Assembly: GCF_041260155.1 (NCBI RefSeq)
Contig: NC_091947.1
Coordinates: forward strand, 31,834,780 to 31,898,779
Source: Ptychodera flava
Lineage: Eukaryota
DNA length: 64,000 bases
Reading direction: 5' to 3'
The notes beneath the pieces are model-generated. The model was not told the DNA's origin. It worked only from the letters and a program-made list of their open reading frames with translations, and ran no database searches. Numbering within the stretch: the stretch's first letter is position 1; each line of letters starts with the position of its first letter. A program made the translations under genes and the position numbers. Shown here piece after piece: positions 49,887-62,674 of this stretch.

Positions 49887-52200
49887 CAGACGTCGTGACT
49901 GCGCCCCGGACAGCCAATTTGCAATATACCCAGCGATATCATGTGCCACACACACAATTAGCTCATTAATTAGCGAAACATTTGGTCAGATGTGAAGTGT
50001 GTCTCTCTTGCTGTTATCAGCGCGACCATTTCCTGTGTCAAAAGTTGTGAAATGTAAACACATCTCCTGGTACAAATCATTTCTTTCAGGGGGTGGCTGC
50101 TCACGGTAATAACTTCGAAGTGGTAAGAATAACACAAAATTTTACATAAAATACAACACTGCTAATAAAGTATTTCTTTTCTACAAATACCGTTTCTTTT
50201 TCATTTTTTATAAGACCAAAGTATTGTAAGATTGAAATGCTATACGCGTTTCGTTAGCTCCCCAAACCTCCTGCATTATGGTTTCTTCCAAACGAGAAAT
50301 CCACTAAGCGGTCGTCAGAATTCGTGGCGGTAAAAGTTGAGTTGAAAACTTTCGCCTTTCTGTTCGGCATCATCCGATAGCCTTCGCGCACTTTATAGAT
50401 TATTAGAAATCACTAGTTGCAGTAGTTGGAAGCCCGCAAGTCAAGGGCAAATAAAGGAGAACGTTTTCTAACTTACACGCTATCTAAATGTAAATCGAAC
50501 TAAATTTTATCGAAGTAATCAACAAAACCAATGTTACTTCACATATCGACTACTCAGAACGAAAACTAATCGATCAATTTCTTATTTAGGCATTCCCGTC
50601 TACACGAGTACACGCGACAACAATGACCACATGAACTTCAACTTGTAAATCAATGAAACGGCCCGGAATCCACACAGCCTAAAAAAAATGCGTGACATCA
50701 GCGGGTTATGTCGGAAACGGCTTCAATTATAGCAGTTTCAGTAAACTGACGAACTGCAAAGACATCATGTTTACGGAGATACCCTTTGACAAATCGAAAG
50801 CACATTTCACAAGTGTTAAACTCGGGGCTGTACGGAGGCTGAAACACTAAAGTAACTTCACGCTCGCCCAACAGTTCCCGTAGGTATGGCTCTGCGATCC
50901 GACCATGGTGGAATCCGCAATTATCCATGACAACTGTGTCGCCCGGAGATAAAATCTGATCATCTTGTTCGTCAACGACTTCCAGCGCCTCCTCAAAAAA
51001 GTAGATCATTTCAAGGCCGTTCGAAGGGCCATCGAGAATATTAAAGTAATCGACGCCCCGTGCACAATGAAGGAGGTGTAGCGTGTAGTTCACGTCCGAC
51101 GTGTATCGCTGGACTTCAAATGCGGGTTGACCTCTCAGACTGTGTCCATACTGTCTGTTGCCCGATGTCTTTTTGACGCCCGCTTCATCAAAAAAATGCA
51201 CACTGAGGGGATCAAGTTGAGAAATGTCATCGATGTACTGCATTATTTTTCTGATGTTCTTTCAGTCAACTGTTCAGCCGGAACACTCTGTATTTTCTTG
51301 TAGGAATAATTTAAATCTCTGCCGAGGATGTCGTAAATCGTCCTGTGTGCAGGGAGGTTTTCTTCTGTGCAGACATTTTGATTGAGCAGTTCAGATCGAA
51401 TTTCGGAAACAGTCATTGAAGGCTTACCGAATTTCAAATATTCCACGAAATTCACGACTTCGGGTACGCACTTTGATCGTAGGGCTCCGCGATTCTTCGA
51501 AGGATGAACGAATCCAGTCTTAAGAAAGTGAGTTACTATGTCATGCACGGTTGTCTTCGGCATACATAGTTGATGCGCGATCTCTCGAACACTTGTCCCT
51601 TTGCACTCGTGTTTGATCGACAAGTCAATGATCTTCGACCGTTTGTCGATGTCGGTTATTTTTTGACATATTTGAAAGTTCCTGGCAATGAGAGACGACC
51701 GACCGGTGAAAGTTTTGACTGCACTGAACTTGGCGATGTCTGTGTAAGCGGTAATTTTACGTCACGACTGTGTTTACGTTTAACCGGAAAGGGCACTCAC
51801 AATTTCAATTTCGGGGTCTCACTGAGCAGAAACTTAGAAAATGGTGTAATTAATCACTCACTCTAGGCAACGACAATAAACGAAAATGATAACTTTCTTT
51901 TTAAAATATCACAGTGTCCCATACAACTTTACCGATACAAGACGTCAAAATATGGGATCAAATGTAACAGGTTTGATGACCATATTCTGGACCGCACCTG
52001 TACAGGAAATGGTTTGATCCAGACACGTTTATTTATAGTCTGGATTCATGGGGCGCTTAGTGCGTCGGCAACGTAAACTCATGCCTGCAATCAAAGGCCT
52101 ACAGCTACCGTTTAAAACGCTGAGCGATATCACTGTGTGGCCATCAACATTGCTGGGTATATTGCAAATTGGCTGTCCGGGGGCGCAGTCACGGACTCTG
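49887..52200 (-). mobile_element. Tc1-family (DD34E) transposon, complete copy 2 of 2314 bp, with TIRs of at least 50 bp and a TA target-site duplication
   Basis: The left terminus is CAGACGTCGTGACTGCGCCCCGGACAGCCAATTTGCAATATACCCAGC. The right terminus reverse-complemented is CAGAGTCCGTGACTGCGCCCCCGGACAGCCAATTTGCAATATACCCAGC. TA lies at 49885-49886 and 52201-52202. The intact empty site GATACTTAAATCTTCC is visible at 18869-18884 and 45939-45954. Confidence 0.9.
50698..51623 (-). pseudogene. Tc1-like transposase, about 310 aa, with a single 1-bp deletion near 51243
   Basis: The track ORFs 51243-51623 (HTH region ...TSVREIAHQLCMPKTTVHDIVTHFLKTGF...) and 50698-51243 (DDE region) are contiguous in copy 1. 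The motifs are FFDEAG, VVMDNCGFHH and PPYSPEFN. Confidence 0.85.
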
Positions 52201-53636
52201 TAAATCTTTCTAGAAGGAGGTTTTGTCTCCTTTATTATCAATGATGTCCAAACAGTGGTTTTGAAGTGCTACATGGACTTCTCTACTATCATATCTAGTG
52301 TTTCGCACAAATGTACAATGTACATAAATTTTTTATGAGGGCCGAGTTGTGTCTATTAATAGTTTAGGGATGTACATATCCGAAGAGGATTTGACCTCAG
52401 TGCCCTTGATTAGAATACAATGACCTCAGTGCGCTTGAATAGAATACAATGACATGATTATGAATAGAGAGAACGTATTTGATATTTGACCAACTTCCGT
52501 GCCCATTTCAAGCAACACATTTCGAGAACTCCTTTAAGCATATTCAGGTCTTAAACTTGTCAAGACCATACCATGTCTCCTGACTCCTCTGGGAGGCATT
52601 ATGGGAAACATGAAAAGAGCAATGAAGGTTAACGGTAGAAAACAAAGTCGTGCACAAGCGTCCCGAACAGACCCAACGTGAACACATTCCCTCGTCATGA
52701 GTGGGGGACACACTTCATGAAATCTATGATATGCAGGTCGGTCTCTCCGTATACAGTAGTAGAACAACACGCCAACGCCATGACACATTTAGACTTCTTA
52801 TTGCAAATAAATCTACTTCCTTATTTTGTGAAGGTGTGTTTTTTCGTCGAATGACACGGCAGCCGTACAAGAAGTCATTTTTGTCATACAGCTCAGTGTA
52901 CGACTTAGGCCTATTTAGTCGAATTAAAAAAATAGATCAAGATATGACGCTTAGCCCACACTTTCTGTTGTTTCTTTTATTTCTAATTCATCTGGATAGA
53001 TTTGATGGAGGTAGTTATGATCATTCTCTTTGCTCGTAAAGTAAGTTCCTTCACCACTCTACAGCATTAGAGGGTAAAAGTTCGAGTTTCGTCACAAAAA
53101 CGAAATGGTACGGGATTAAAGGTCATGCACAATGGACAAAGAGTCGAAAATGCAGTCAGACCATATATAGCATAGACATACTAGTACACCTCAACCGTCG
53201 GAGGGGACACATACCGACAGCAATGTATGCGTGAATGAGTAGAGGGGACCAGCAATAACACGAATACACTTGTCCTTTGTTCTTTTACAGCTGTGCGTCT
53301 ATGTCTAACAACCATGTCGCTAGGGGTTTTTGGTGAGACTGTTTTAAGAAATTTAAAGGTGCGGAAGCATTAAAATGCTTTCCCTTTAAAAGAGTCTGCG
53401 TAGGATGTGATTTGTGTGGACCATAAAGTCTTACAAATTTATGTGAAACTGTGAGAAAACTCTTCATTACGCCTACACAGGTATGATACGGTAACTGAAC
53501 TGCAAGTCATCTTCATTTGGGAGCCATTCACACTGAAAGCCGTCAAACTAACTCCCCGTATACATTGGTCTGCTTGTTTCAGCTTTGACTCAAGAACGCT
53601 GACACACTTAACGCAGAACGGTGCGGTATGTTGTTA

Positions 53637-55015
53637 GGGTGGACCATTTGATATCCTGGGGGGGGGGGGCTTGGAAGATTGGTGGAGAGCCATTATTTTT
53701 TTCCCACGTGCTTCACCATGAATTATTTTTTTTCTACAGGGCATATGCTGGCAACTTTTTTTTCACTTTCCTTCTTCGAGATATATTTTTTTTTTACCAA
53801 ATTTCGGTGCAATGTTTGTTTGCTTGGTTTTTCACGCCCAGTAACAAGATGCTGTTCTATCGCGCACAGACTATATTCAAGAAACTAAATGAAGATATGT
53901 AAATACATGTACATTTTTGATTCACTTCACAAAAACATATTTGTAAAATCATGTACATTTACGGCATTTACTTGTCAGTGTTGTCCTTACATTGAAAGTA
54001 GCCGGGTAATTTAAGAAAGTAGACGGGTGGACTGCGAGGGAGCGAAGCGACCGAGCGGCGAGTGAGCGTAGCGAACGAGGGGGGGGGGTAGAGCGCGAGA
54101 GGGGGTGTCTCCCCTCTCGCAAGGCGAAAAATGAAATTTTGGAGTGGAAATGGTGTTCTCTGGTGGCATCTGAGGTGACATTTAGCTGAGACTGAAACAG
54201 TACTTTTGTTGTGTGTCTTAGACGTGGCTCACATACAACAAAACAAATAAACATGATTTTGTTTTGTTTGTATTATTTATGACACACTTATGGTTTAATT
54301 GCAGTGAAGATGTAACATTTAATCTTAAATCACCCGCTGTCTGTTCATTTCATTGCCCATTTCCCATTCTTCATTACTACATAGTAGTTTCCCAAAACCA
54401 TCAAACTCATTCGCTTTTGTTAAGAAAAACATTGGTAAGATAATTCACTATAACTGTGTTCGCATTTACGAATAAAACATGCGTATATAGAAAACTCATA
54501 ACAATGAAAAAATGTGTAGAGAGTCGATCCAATGCGTAATAATATTACGCATTGGATTGAGTCTCTACGCATTTTTTCATTGTTATGAGTTTTCTATACG
54601 CAAACGATAATAGTAAAATGTTTGCAGGCTGTCTCTCTTCTTGTGGTATTTTGACAAAATCCATACATTCAGATTTACACATTTCTGGAAAACACTGGTG
54701 AGCAATTTCAATTTCAGCATACTTCCTCTAATCAGAAGGTCATGTATACTGTACAATTGTTCATATTCAGTTATTGTTCCTCAAGCTTGAAATGGTTTAT
54801 GCTTTATAAAACTCCAGAGCTACTGCTTGATTTTTTTATTGATGCTGCAGTGTGCATCGAACAATTGCCAAGATTTTTTTCCGAGTCGCAATGGTCCATA
54901 ATTGTTTTTCCATCAGCCACTTAAAGCCAGATTTTTTTTTTCAAGCAACTCCACCTGTCATCTTTTTTTTTCCCCAAATCTTCCAAGCCCCCCCAGGATA
55001 TCAAATGGTCCACCC
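53637..55015. mobile_element. PIF/Harbinger-like MITE of 1379 bp with 41-bp G-run TIRs and a TTA target-site duplication; present only in copy II
   Basis: The 5' end is GGGTGGACCATTTGATATCCTGGGGGGGGGGGCTTGGAAGATT and the 3' end AATCTTCCAAGCCCCCCCAGGATATCAAATGGTCCACCC. TTA lies at 53634-53636 and 55016-55018. The empty paralogous site at 20628-20640 reads GTTGTTAGGTCGG. Internally it has poly-T tracts, a GC-rich segment at 54000-54130 and a ~140-bp palindrome centred near 54545. Confidence 0.85.
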
Positions 55016-58000
55016 TTAGGTCGGAGTATCCGGCATTATACCCCTTTTAACTCACTTCACGATTTCGCTCATCCTTTACACGCTATACACATATTGTCGA
55101 GTCAGGAAGAGCAGTAAACTTTCAATAGGTATTGCTTGACGACGTGTTTATCGAGACCTTTATGAATTTCAATTCTGTTTTCTCAGTGTGCATTGTAGTG
55201 TAGAATGTTTTACAGACGCCGCGAGATGCATATCCCGTTGGTGCATCCCTGTTTCCGTTGGGCAAATAAACAAAATCGAAACACTCGATATTTCAATCTT
55301 TATGGTGTTTCTTCACGGCAGAAAGAGATATCAACCACGTATCATGTATGTTGGTCGACAGAAAAACTTTATTTTAAATCGTGGAATTAAAAATGACAAA
55401 AAACTACACGAAGGCACGAGGGCTTCATTAATTGACGGGTCAAAAGAGTACTTTAGTTTCTTGTTACACTTTAATTTTGTGACATCTATAGATCGACATC
55501 AATGGTCAATGATGATACTTCCAATCAATAGCTTTATTTTGAAGTCAAACCGTTGCACAGTATTTTCACATCCTCCAGCGCACCGTCATTTTTTTCAAGT
55601 GCCTTTTCTCCCAGCCCCCTTCAGACCTGTTTTGTGACCGCAGCCTCATGTGAATGAATCTGTTGTCTTTGGCGTATACCGTATGATAACGATACTTGAG
55701 ATTCGTTCAGATCCGTTTTGCATTCGATATGGTCACAACGAAACATCTCATTTTATACGAAGAAAATGTCTAACAAGATTATGTATGGGCGAGATCTGTA
55801 TCGATCGAAGTTTGCATACTGAAGAAAAGCACAGAGAGCGTCCTCAACGGATGGCCTCAATAAGTCATGATTGGACTGTATTGCCAGACAGCGCTGGCTT
55901 TGAGTTTTCAACGAAGAATGACATTTCATCAATGACAACCAGGACAGTGCCTCCGTGACCATCACATAAAGAAGAACCCATGCCCGCGCGATATAACCTT
56001 TTGAGACAGTATAGGTCATAACTCATGGCAACCATTGTGAAGTAATTACAAGTTTCTTTACAGACTCACATGGGAAAGAGCATATCTTCACGACCATATA
56101 GAGTAGCTTTCATCATCTGAACGACGAGGTATGACCTTTGTATGACGTGACTGACTTCAGTAAATTACTTGAAGGTGGTGAGAGGAAAAGCATTAGTGTT
56201 TAATATAAGGCTTTGCTCTTGTTAAGGTCATATGTATGACGATGGCATTAATTTTGTCACTTTTCAGCATGCTAGACGCAACTGGTATATCAAGTTACTT
56301 CATGAATTTGTCTAACATTGTTGTGAAACCGTATTTTGGAGTTAAGTACATTCGCGATTAAAAAGTATATACATGTCATCATGTGAAGTAGGTATAGTAT
56401 TACACAAGATGGAAGTTTCGTATTTTTAATTTCTTAATACCCATGACTCAGGTAGTTCTGCGCATTTTATGAGTCACAGACTCGTTGAAAACAAGAATTC
56501 CAATTCAGAAAATAGTTTTAAGGTGTTCTCTATTTCGATGAAATAATGAAGGGGCAAAGGGCTTCTTTGATATTGGAGCAGTTTTTTGATGAAAGCTTGA
56601 TGTACATGTCATTCTTATTGAAATCACTTCTCCTGAATCAAGATCACCTGCCACAATATGTCTTAATCAGTGCCACCGTATTCACCATCAATCGCTCCAC
56701 TGCTTGTATCGCTCTCTAGTGAATAGCAAAGATAACGTGTTCGGCATGTTCGCCTGGCCCAAGCCCGGCAGCCACATAGCCACTCGGTTATGCTAGCCTA
56801 CAATATTATGTGGCAGCCACATAGCCACTCGGTTATGCTAGCCTACAATAGTACAGTAATATCATGTACTGTGATTCTTTATTGAATAGACAAGTCGTAT
56901 AGACATCGTACATATTAAATATGATTATTATCCCAGAAATGCGCCAAGCGCCTGTGCTCTCTCTATTGCCATCTGAATAGCAAAGACATCCATTGGTTTC
57001 AATTTCGTCACCTTTTCTCATTTTAGTATGTAAAAGTTTCGCGGTATTTTTCTATTTCTCAGAATTTCAACTCAATGGAGGTATGTTAATATGGCATCAA
57101 ATCAATTCCAGCAATCGTTATCATTCAAGTCAAGTAAATCACCAGGTCCAAGAAACAATACAAAATACACACTGACAAAATCAATAGTGCAATCTCGAAC
57201 CACTAGTGGTGGTACCAGGTGTCTGGAATGGGTAAGCGTACCCATCAAGTCACAAGTAATTGTCAGGTAATTCAGATAGTTGCCAAATTACTGTTGTGAG
57301 TCAAAGCCAGGAATACCGTCTCTCATCATCTGGGTAACAGATTTGTCATATTTGAACATCTCCATATCTACCATAAAACTTCTGAATGATCTAGCCAGCC
57401 TACTTCGTGAAAATCTGTATCACTAGGTTTAAGACGAAAAAGCTGTGTCTTACTTGAAAGTCTTCATATGAATTACAAGCTCTACAGTATCTCAAGAGTT
57501 GTGAAATGTATACACCATAAGCTTGACCGGACGTCCGATGAAATATAACTGGTTAAGTAGGGAAAGTTGTTGATTTCAAAATTAAAATCGTCCCTTTTGT
57601 CATACAGCTTCGTGTGTAACTTAAGCCTATTTTGTCGATTTTTTTTAAAAAAAAGATCAAGATATGACGCTGAGCCAACACTTTCTGTTGTTTCTTTTAT
57701 TTCTAATTCATCTTGATAGATGTGATGGAGGTAATTATGATCTTTCTCTTTGCTCGGAAAGTAAGTTCTTTCACCACTCCACAGCATTAGAGGATAAAAC
57801 TTCGAGTTTTGTTACGAATACGAAATGGTACGACAGTAAAAGATCATAATGGACAAAGAGTTGAAAATACAGTCAGACCATATATGGCATAGACATACTA
57901 GTACACCTCAATCGTCGGAGGGGACACATACCGACAGCAATGTATGCGTGAATGAGTACAGGGGACATGACCAGGAATAACACGAATACTAAAACCAAAC

Positions 58001-58165
58001 AATGAACAGTTCTCCTTTGTTCTTATACAGCTGTATGTCTACGTCTAACATCCATGTCACTAGGGACTTTTGTGAGGCTGTTTTATGAAATTTAAAGGTG
58101 TGGTTGCATTAAAATGCTCTCCCTTTAAAATGGTGTGTGTAGGACTTTATTTGTGTGGATCATAA

Positions 58166-58341
58166 GGGACTGGTCAGTTTCTTCGGCCTGGGGGGGGGGG
58201 GCGGTGGATTATTTTTTGCCGACGTCAAAAGTGGCTGACCCCCCTATTCCAAATTTTGAAAACAGGGTGACCCCCCTATTCCAAATTTCTAAAACAGGGT
58301 GACCCCCCCCGGGCGCGACAAAGGTAAAACAAAAGATGGAC

Positions 58342-58417
<76 letters not shown>

Positions 58418-59578
58418 TTTACATTTTACATATATTTATATTTTAAATAGTCATTCTATGTTTTAGTGAAATTGTTGCATGTCAGTTGTAAGATAGGAAT
58501 TTCAAAGTGTCATCTTAAAGTTTAAATACAGTACATTTTGAATGAGCTGTATTTGAATGAGCTGTGAATGTATTTCACACTTTCTCTGCTTAACCAGATG
58601 TCCTGAACTGTTGTACAGAAATGGATGTCAATCATTAATATCAAAGAGGAAAAGCAGTGAATCAAAAACTTTGATGGGTGTTAAGACTTGCCAACCATCC
58701 AATTAAATCTACTGAGGAGCCATAGAGAGCTTTTTTAGCCAAATCTGATGTGTAAGTGTCTGAGAGGACCTTTTCTTGTGTAACATTGAAACCATAAAAG
58801 CACAGCTAATAATGACAAAAACTGCCTTTTTTAACTGTTATTTTGTTCATAAAAAAGCATCTTTCTACAGAAAACCTATGAAACAAAGGAAAATAATTGC
58901 ATCAATGAGAAGGAAAGATATCTTGTCATTTTTCTATCTCTAAAATAAGTCACTGTATCAAATACATATTGTGAAATATTTGTGCATGTTGCTTTCTCAT
59001 ACTGAATTCTCACAGAGAGAACAGAAAAGTATCAGGAATTTGTCATCCTTTTCATATGAAATGCAGATTTCATAATGGTACACTTTCACTTAGCAAACAT
59101 CAAGATATCTCTGAAAGTATGGCGCCCGAAGGGGGCGCCAAAAAATATGAAACATCCTGATATCTCTGATATATATGCCTTGTATATTAAAGTCATGCAC
59201 CTGAAGGGCATGCTGAAAGATGTATGATATATTAAAGTAATGAGCTTGAAGAGCACGCTGAAAAATATTGAACATACAGATATCTCTGATGTATGTGTGC
59301 TTGATATGTTAAAGTTGGGCGTGCTGAAAAATATGACTGATTATTAAAGTTACGCGCCCGAAGGGCGCGCCGAAAAGTACAACTGAATGATGAATTTTGT
59401 GGCTGACACTAGCATTTTAGGCAATGATGAGCCTGTGTCAAAATTCAAAAACACACTGACCCCCCCTATTGGGCATTTCAAAAACATGGTGACCCCCCCT
59501 ATCACCAAAGTCAAAAACAGGGTGACCCCCCCCCATGAATCCACCGGCCCCCCCAGGCTGAAGAAACTGACCAGTCCC
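58166..59578. mobile_element. PIF/Harbinger-like MITE, second copy of the 12764-14197 element, with a TAA target-site duplication; present only in copy II
   Basis: Its TIRs are identical to those of the element at 12764. TAA lies at 58163-58165 and 59579-59581. The empty paralogous site at 20084-20095 reads TGGATCATAAAGGCTTAC. Confidence 0.85.
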
Positions 59579-61816
59579 TAAAGGCTTACAAATTTACGTG
59601 AAACTGTGAAAAACTTTCATTACGCCTACACAGGTATGATAACCGTGCCTGAACTGCAAGTCACCTTATTTTGGGAGCCATTCACACTGGAAGCCGTCAA
59701 ATTATCAGCTTCAAGCGTAAACATTGGTGTGCTTGGCTTCCAGCTTTGACTCAAGAACGCTGGCACACTTAACGCAGAACGGCGCGGTATGTTGTTAGAT
59801 CGGAGTATCCGGGATAATACCCCTTTTACCTTACTTCACGATTTCGCTCATCCTTTACACGCTATACACACATTGCCGTGTAAGTAAGAGCAATAAACCT
59901 TCAATATGTATTGCTTGACGACGTGTTTACCAAGACCTTTATGAATTTCAATTCTGTTTTCTCAGTATACATTGGAGTATATAATGATTTACAGACCCTG
60001 CGAGATGTATATTCCGTTGGCACATCCCTGTTTCCTTACCACGACTAGGGCTACTAAAACACAATCTAAACACTTGACATTTCATTAACTTTTACATGTA
60101 TGAAAGGTCAATTTTACAATTTATACGGCGTTTCTACACGGCTTAAAGAGACATCGATCACATTTCATATATGTTGGTCGCCATAAACACATTCTTATCA
60201 ATCGTGAAACAAAAATGACAAAAACTACAGCATGGATGCATAATTGATAGCCGACCACTTCTTTTATCCCCTCAAGTATTGCGTGTGACGGATATGACAT
60301 CAATATCGTTGAAACTCAACGCTACTTTTGATTACCCCTTTCAAGCATACCGATGGACTGGTACCTAAGTCAACCATACCTCACCCACTGAACTTAATTG
60401 CCATGTAAAGTATTTGTTGCCGTCATCCTATTCTGTCTAAATCTTAGTATACTAAATTCTTCCACACAGAATCGGTCTTTGGGAAAACGCTCCGTCGTCG
60501 TTGCCGTCGAAATATACATGGTGTTTGCGTAGCCAGCAAATTCTTAACCATCAATCTGTACCGTGTTTTATCAAGATTTTACAAAATTTACAGATATCAT
60601 TTGCCATGTTTCAGGTAACATATAAAATAACGATTTAAAAGCAAGCGAAAAGTCCAATCTTGCCCAATTTAATATATGAGGAAAGATGCAAGCAGTGTTT
60701 TCCGTCTTTTTGTGTTACAATAGTGAGACTTACAACTAAAAGAAATATCCCAGTTGTATCGACACAAGTTCAAGCAGCGCCCTCAGACACCCTCACCGAT
60801 CGCCCTTTCAGCAACCATTAAACTTTGACTGTCAATATCTGATTTCAAATGAGATCGATGTAATTTGGCATATCAGGAAGGTCAGATAGATACACAGAAG
60901 GTTTTGCGTTCGGTGACTTCTCTCGGTTGTGTCTGACAAAGGAAGCCCATGCAGAATTCTTTCCTGAAATGAATATGGCCGCACCTGGAAAATATAAAGC
61001 GATTTAAAATCGCACTGAACTTCAAATATGATACAAAATAAGACAAAAAGGATATTTCACACATGGTAAAATACTCAGCAGAAGCATGAGAAGCAGACAA
61101 AGAACCATCCTGACGGGTATTTGGGCAAATAGACTTTGGTATAGCAATGCAAGAAAGTGAAAATATCTTGAGACTTTTCGGAGAGAGAGTTGGTATACAA
61201 GACAAATTGTATTGATAAATGGATTCTTAAATGTTGTCATCATGCTCGATATCATGATAAGCTGAACAAAAGAATTCTTTCATCGAAAGCCGCTGCTAAA
61301 AATGCCGATTTAGCAGTGTCTGGTAATTTGAGCAGCTAATGACCGATGTCTCCGAAAGATCTTAGACACTGTTGGAGGAACGTTTAAGAATTTGTTATGC
61401 AGAAATTATAAGATTTCAATCTAATTCACGTTTAAGAATTTGTTATGCAGAAATTATAAGATTTCAATCTAATTCAACTCCCCAGTGCTTCTTCTTTGGA
61501 AGATGTACTATTTCATAAAGTGCTCAGTGTGCTGTGTAAAATTGTTCAGATATATATTCGTGCCATGTATCCAAGGATGTCAGGAATTCCGTCATCGACC
61601 TACATCAGTTTATAAACGAAAGTTATGATCAACTCTGTCTTCAACGCGATATGGCATAAACAGACATTGATGACACCGTATATCGTACTGAATCACTGAA
61701 CAGTCAAGAAACGTAAGATAGACCCCCACATTTGTACTTATATCAGGATTATAAAAACGGATTGGCTTACAAAATCCCTTAGAGATATTCCCTTGTTTTA
61801 CACTGGAGCCCACTAA

Positions 61817-61966
61817 TTACTTATCACATATCTCTTGTTCCACTAGTGACAGAAAGTAGTCGTCACTGAAGACAGATGGCTTATGGGATAGCTTATTTGC
61901 CATTGCGATGACGTCAACTGAAGAATAAACTTTTGGTATCCTTGGTGACAGATACTTGACTATTCC
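61817..61966 (-). CDS. POFUT-like gene copy II, terminal coding exon ending ...SLVEQEICDK followed by a stop
   Basis: The acceptor is ...cccag|GGAATAGTC and the stop TAA is at 61817-61819. It differs from copy I by an in-frame 3-bp indel. Confidence 0.55.
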   Translation of the reverse strand, partial: GIVKYLSPRIPKVYSSVDVIAMANKLSHKPSVFSDDYFLSLVEQEICDK

Positions 61967-62511
61967 CTGGGACAGAATCAAGCAATGATACAACACATGA
62001 AATGACAACAACAGCACAATCACTGAGTAAACACATTGAAACCTTGCGATGCAGGACTGACGAACTTGTACCTAATTTTACGCCTGAAAAATTCGAATGA
62101 TGATGATGATGATGATGATGATGATCGTCATCATCATCATAAACATCATCATCATCACTGTCGACCAATCAGCCAAAACATTCAGTGATGTGATTTCAGA
62201 TTTCAGATTGACAATAGAACCGCTAAATGTTGGTAAATTACTTTCTTTGTTTTATCTTCAATTGCTCTGATGGTTTAGGGGACCGACGGATAGTTTTTAC
62301 GAACTCGCCTCAGTGACGACTGACAACTGTTTTTGTCATTTACATGTATATTATATTCACCACACGATTTATAGCAATTCCTTGTTTGGACCAAGTGCCT
62401 TCATTTAAAGAAAAACACACACATGTAATCTAAATATTGCATTTGTACGAATAACACAAAATAATTTCCATGTAAACAACACATTTACTTCCCCGTCACA
62501 GTAATTCTTAC

Positions 62512-62674
62512 CCGCTTGATGCTTGGAGGTTGTGAAACGTATATGCATTGTAGGTCGTACGCCTCCAAGAGCTTGGTTACCGCCTTCGGAAGCGTGCTTG
62601 CACTTTTTAAAAGAAATTCTTCTTTTTTCTGACAAGCAGACTTACTGGAAATTACAGCAGATTTATCTGTGCAG
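62512..62674 (-). CDS. POFUT-like gene copy II, internal exon with a 21-bp in-frame insertion (VTKLLEA) relative to copy I
   Basis: The acceptor is ...gaacag| at 62675 and the donor is AAGCGG|gtaaga at 62512. Confidence 0.5.

Noticed and set aside
55188-55637. A 149-aa ORF, the longest non-transposon ORF in the window
   Set aside because: It lies in repeat F. The paralogous positions (20824 onward, 24100 onward) are broken into short ORFs, so there is no conservation. Its composition is low-complexity and no motif was recognised.
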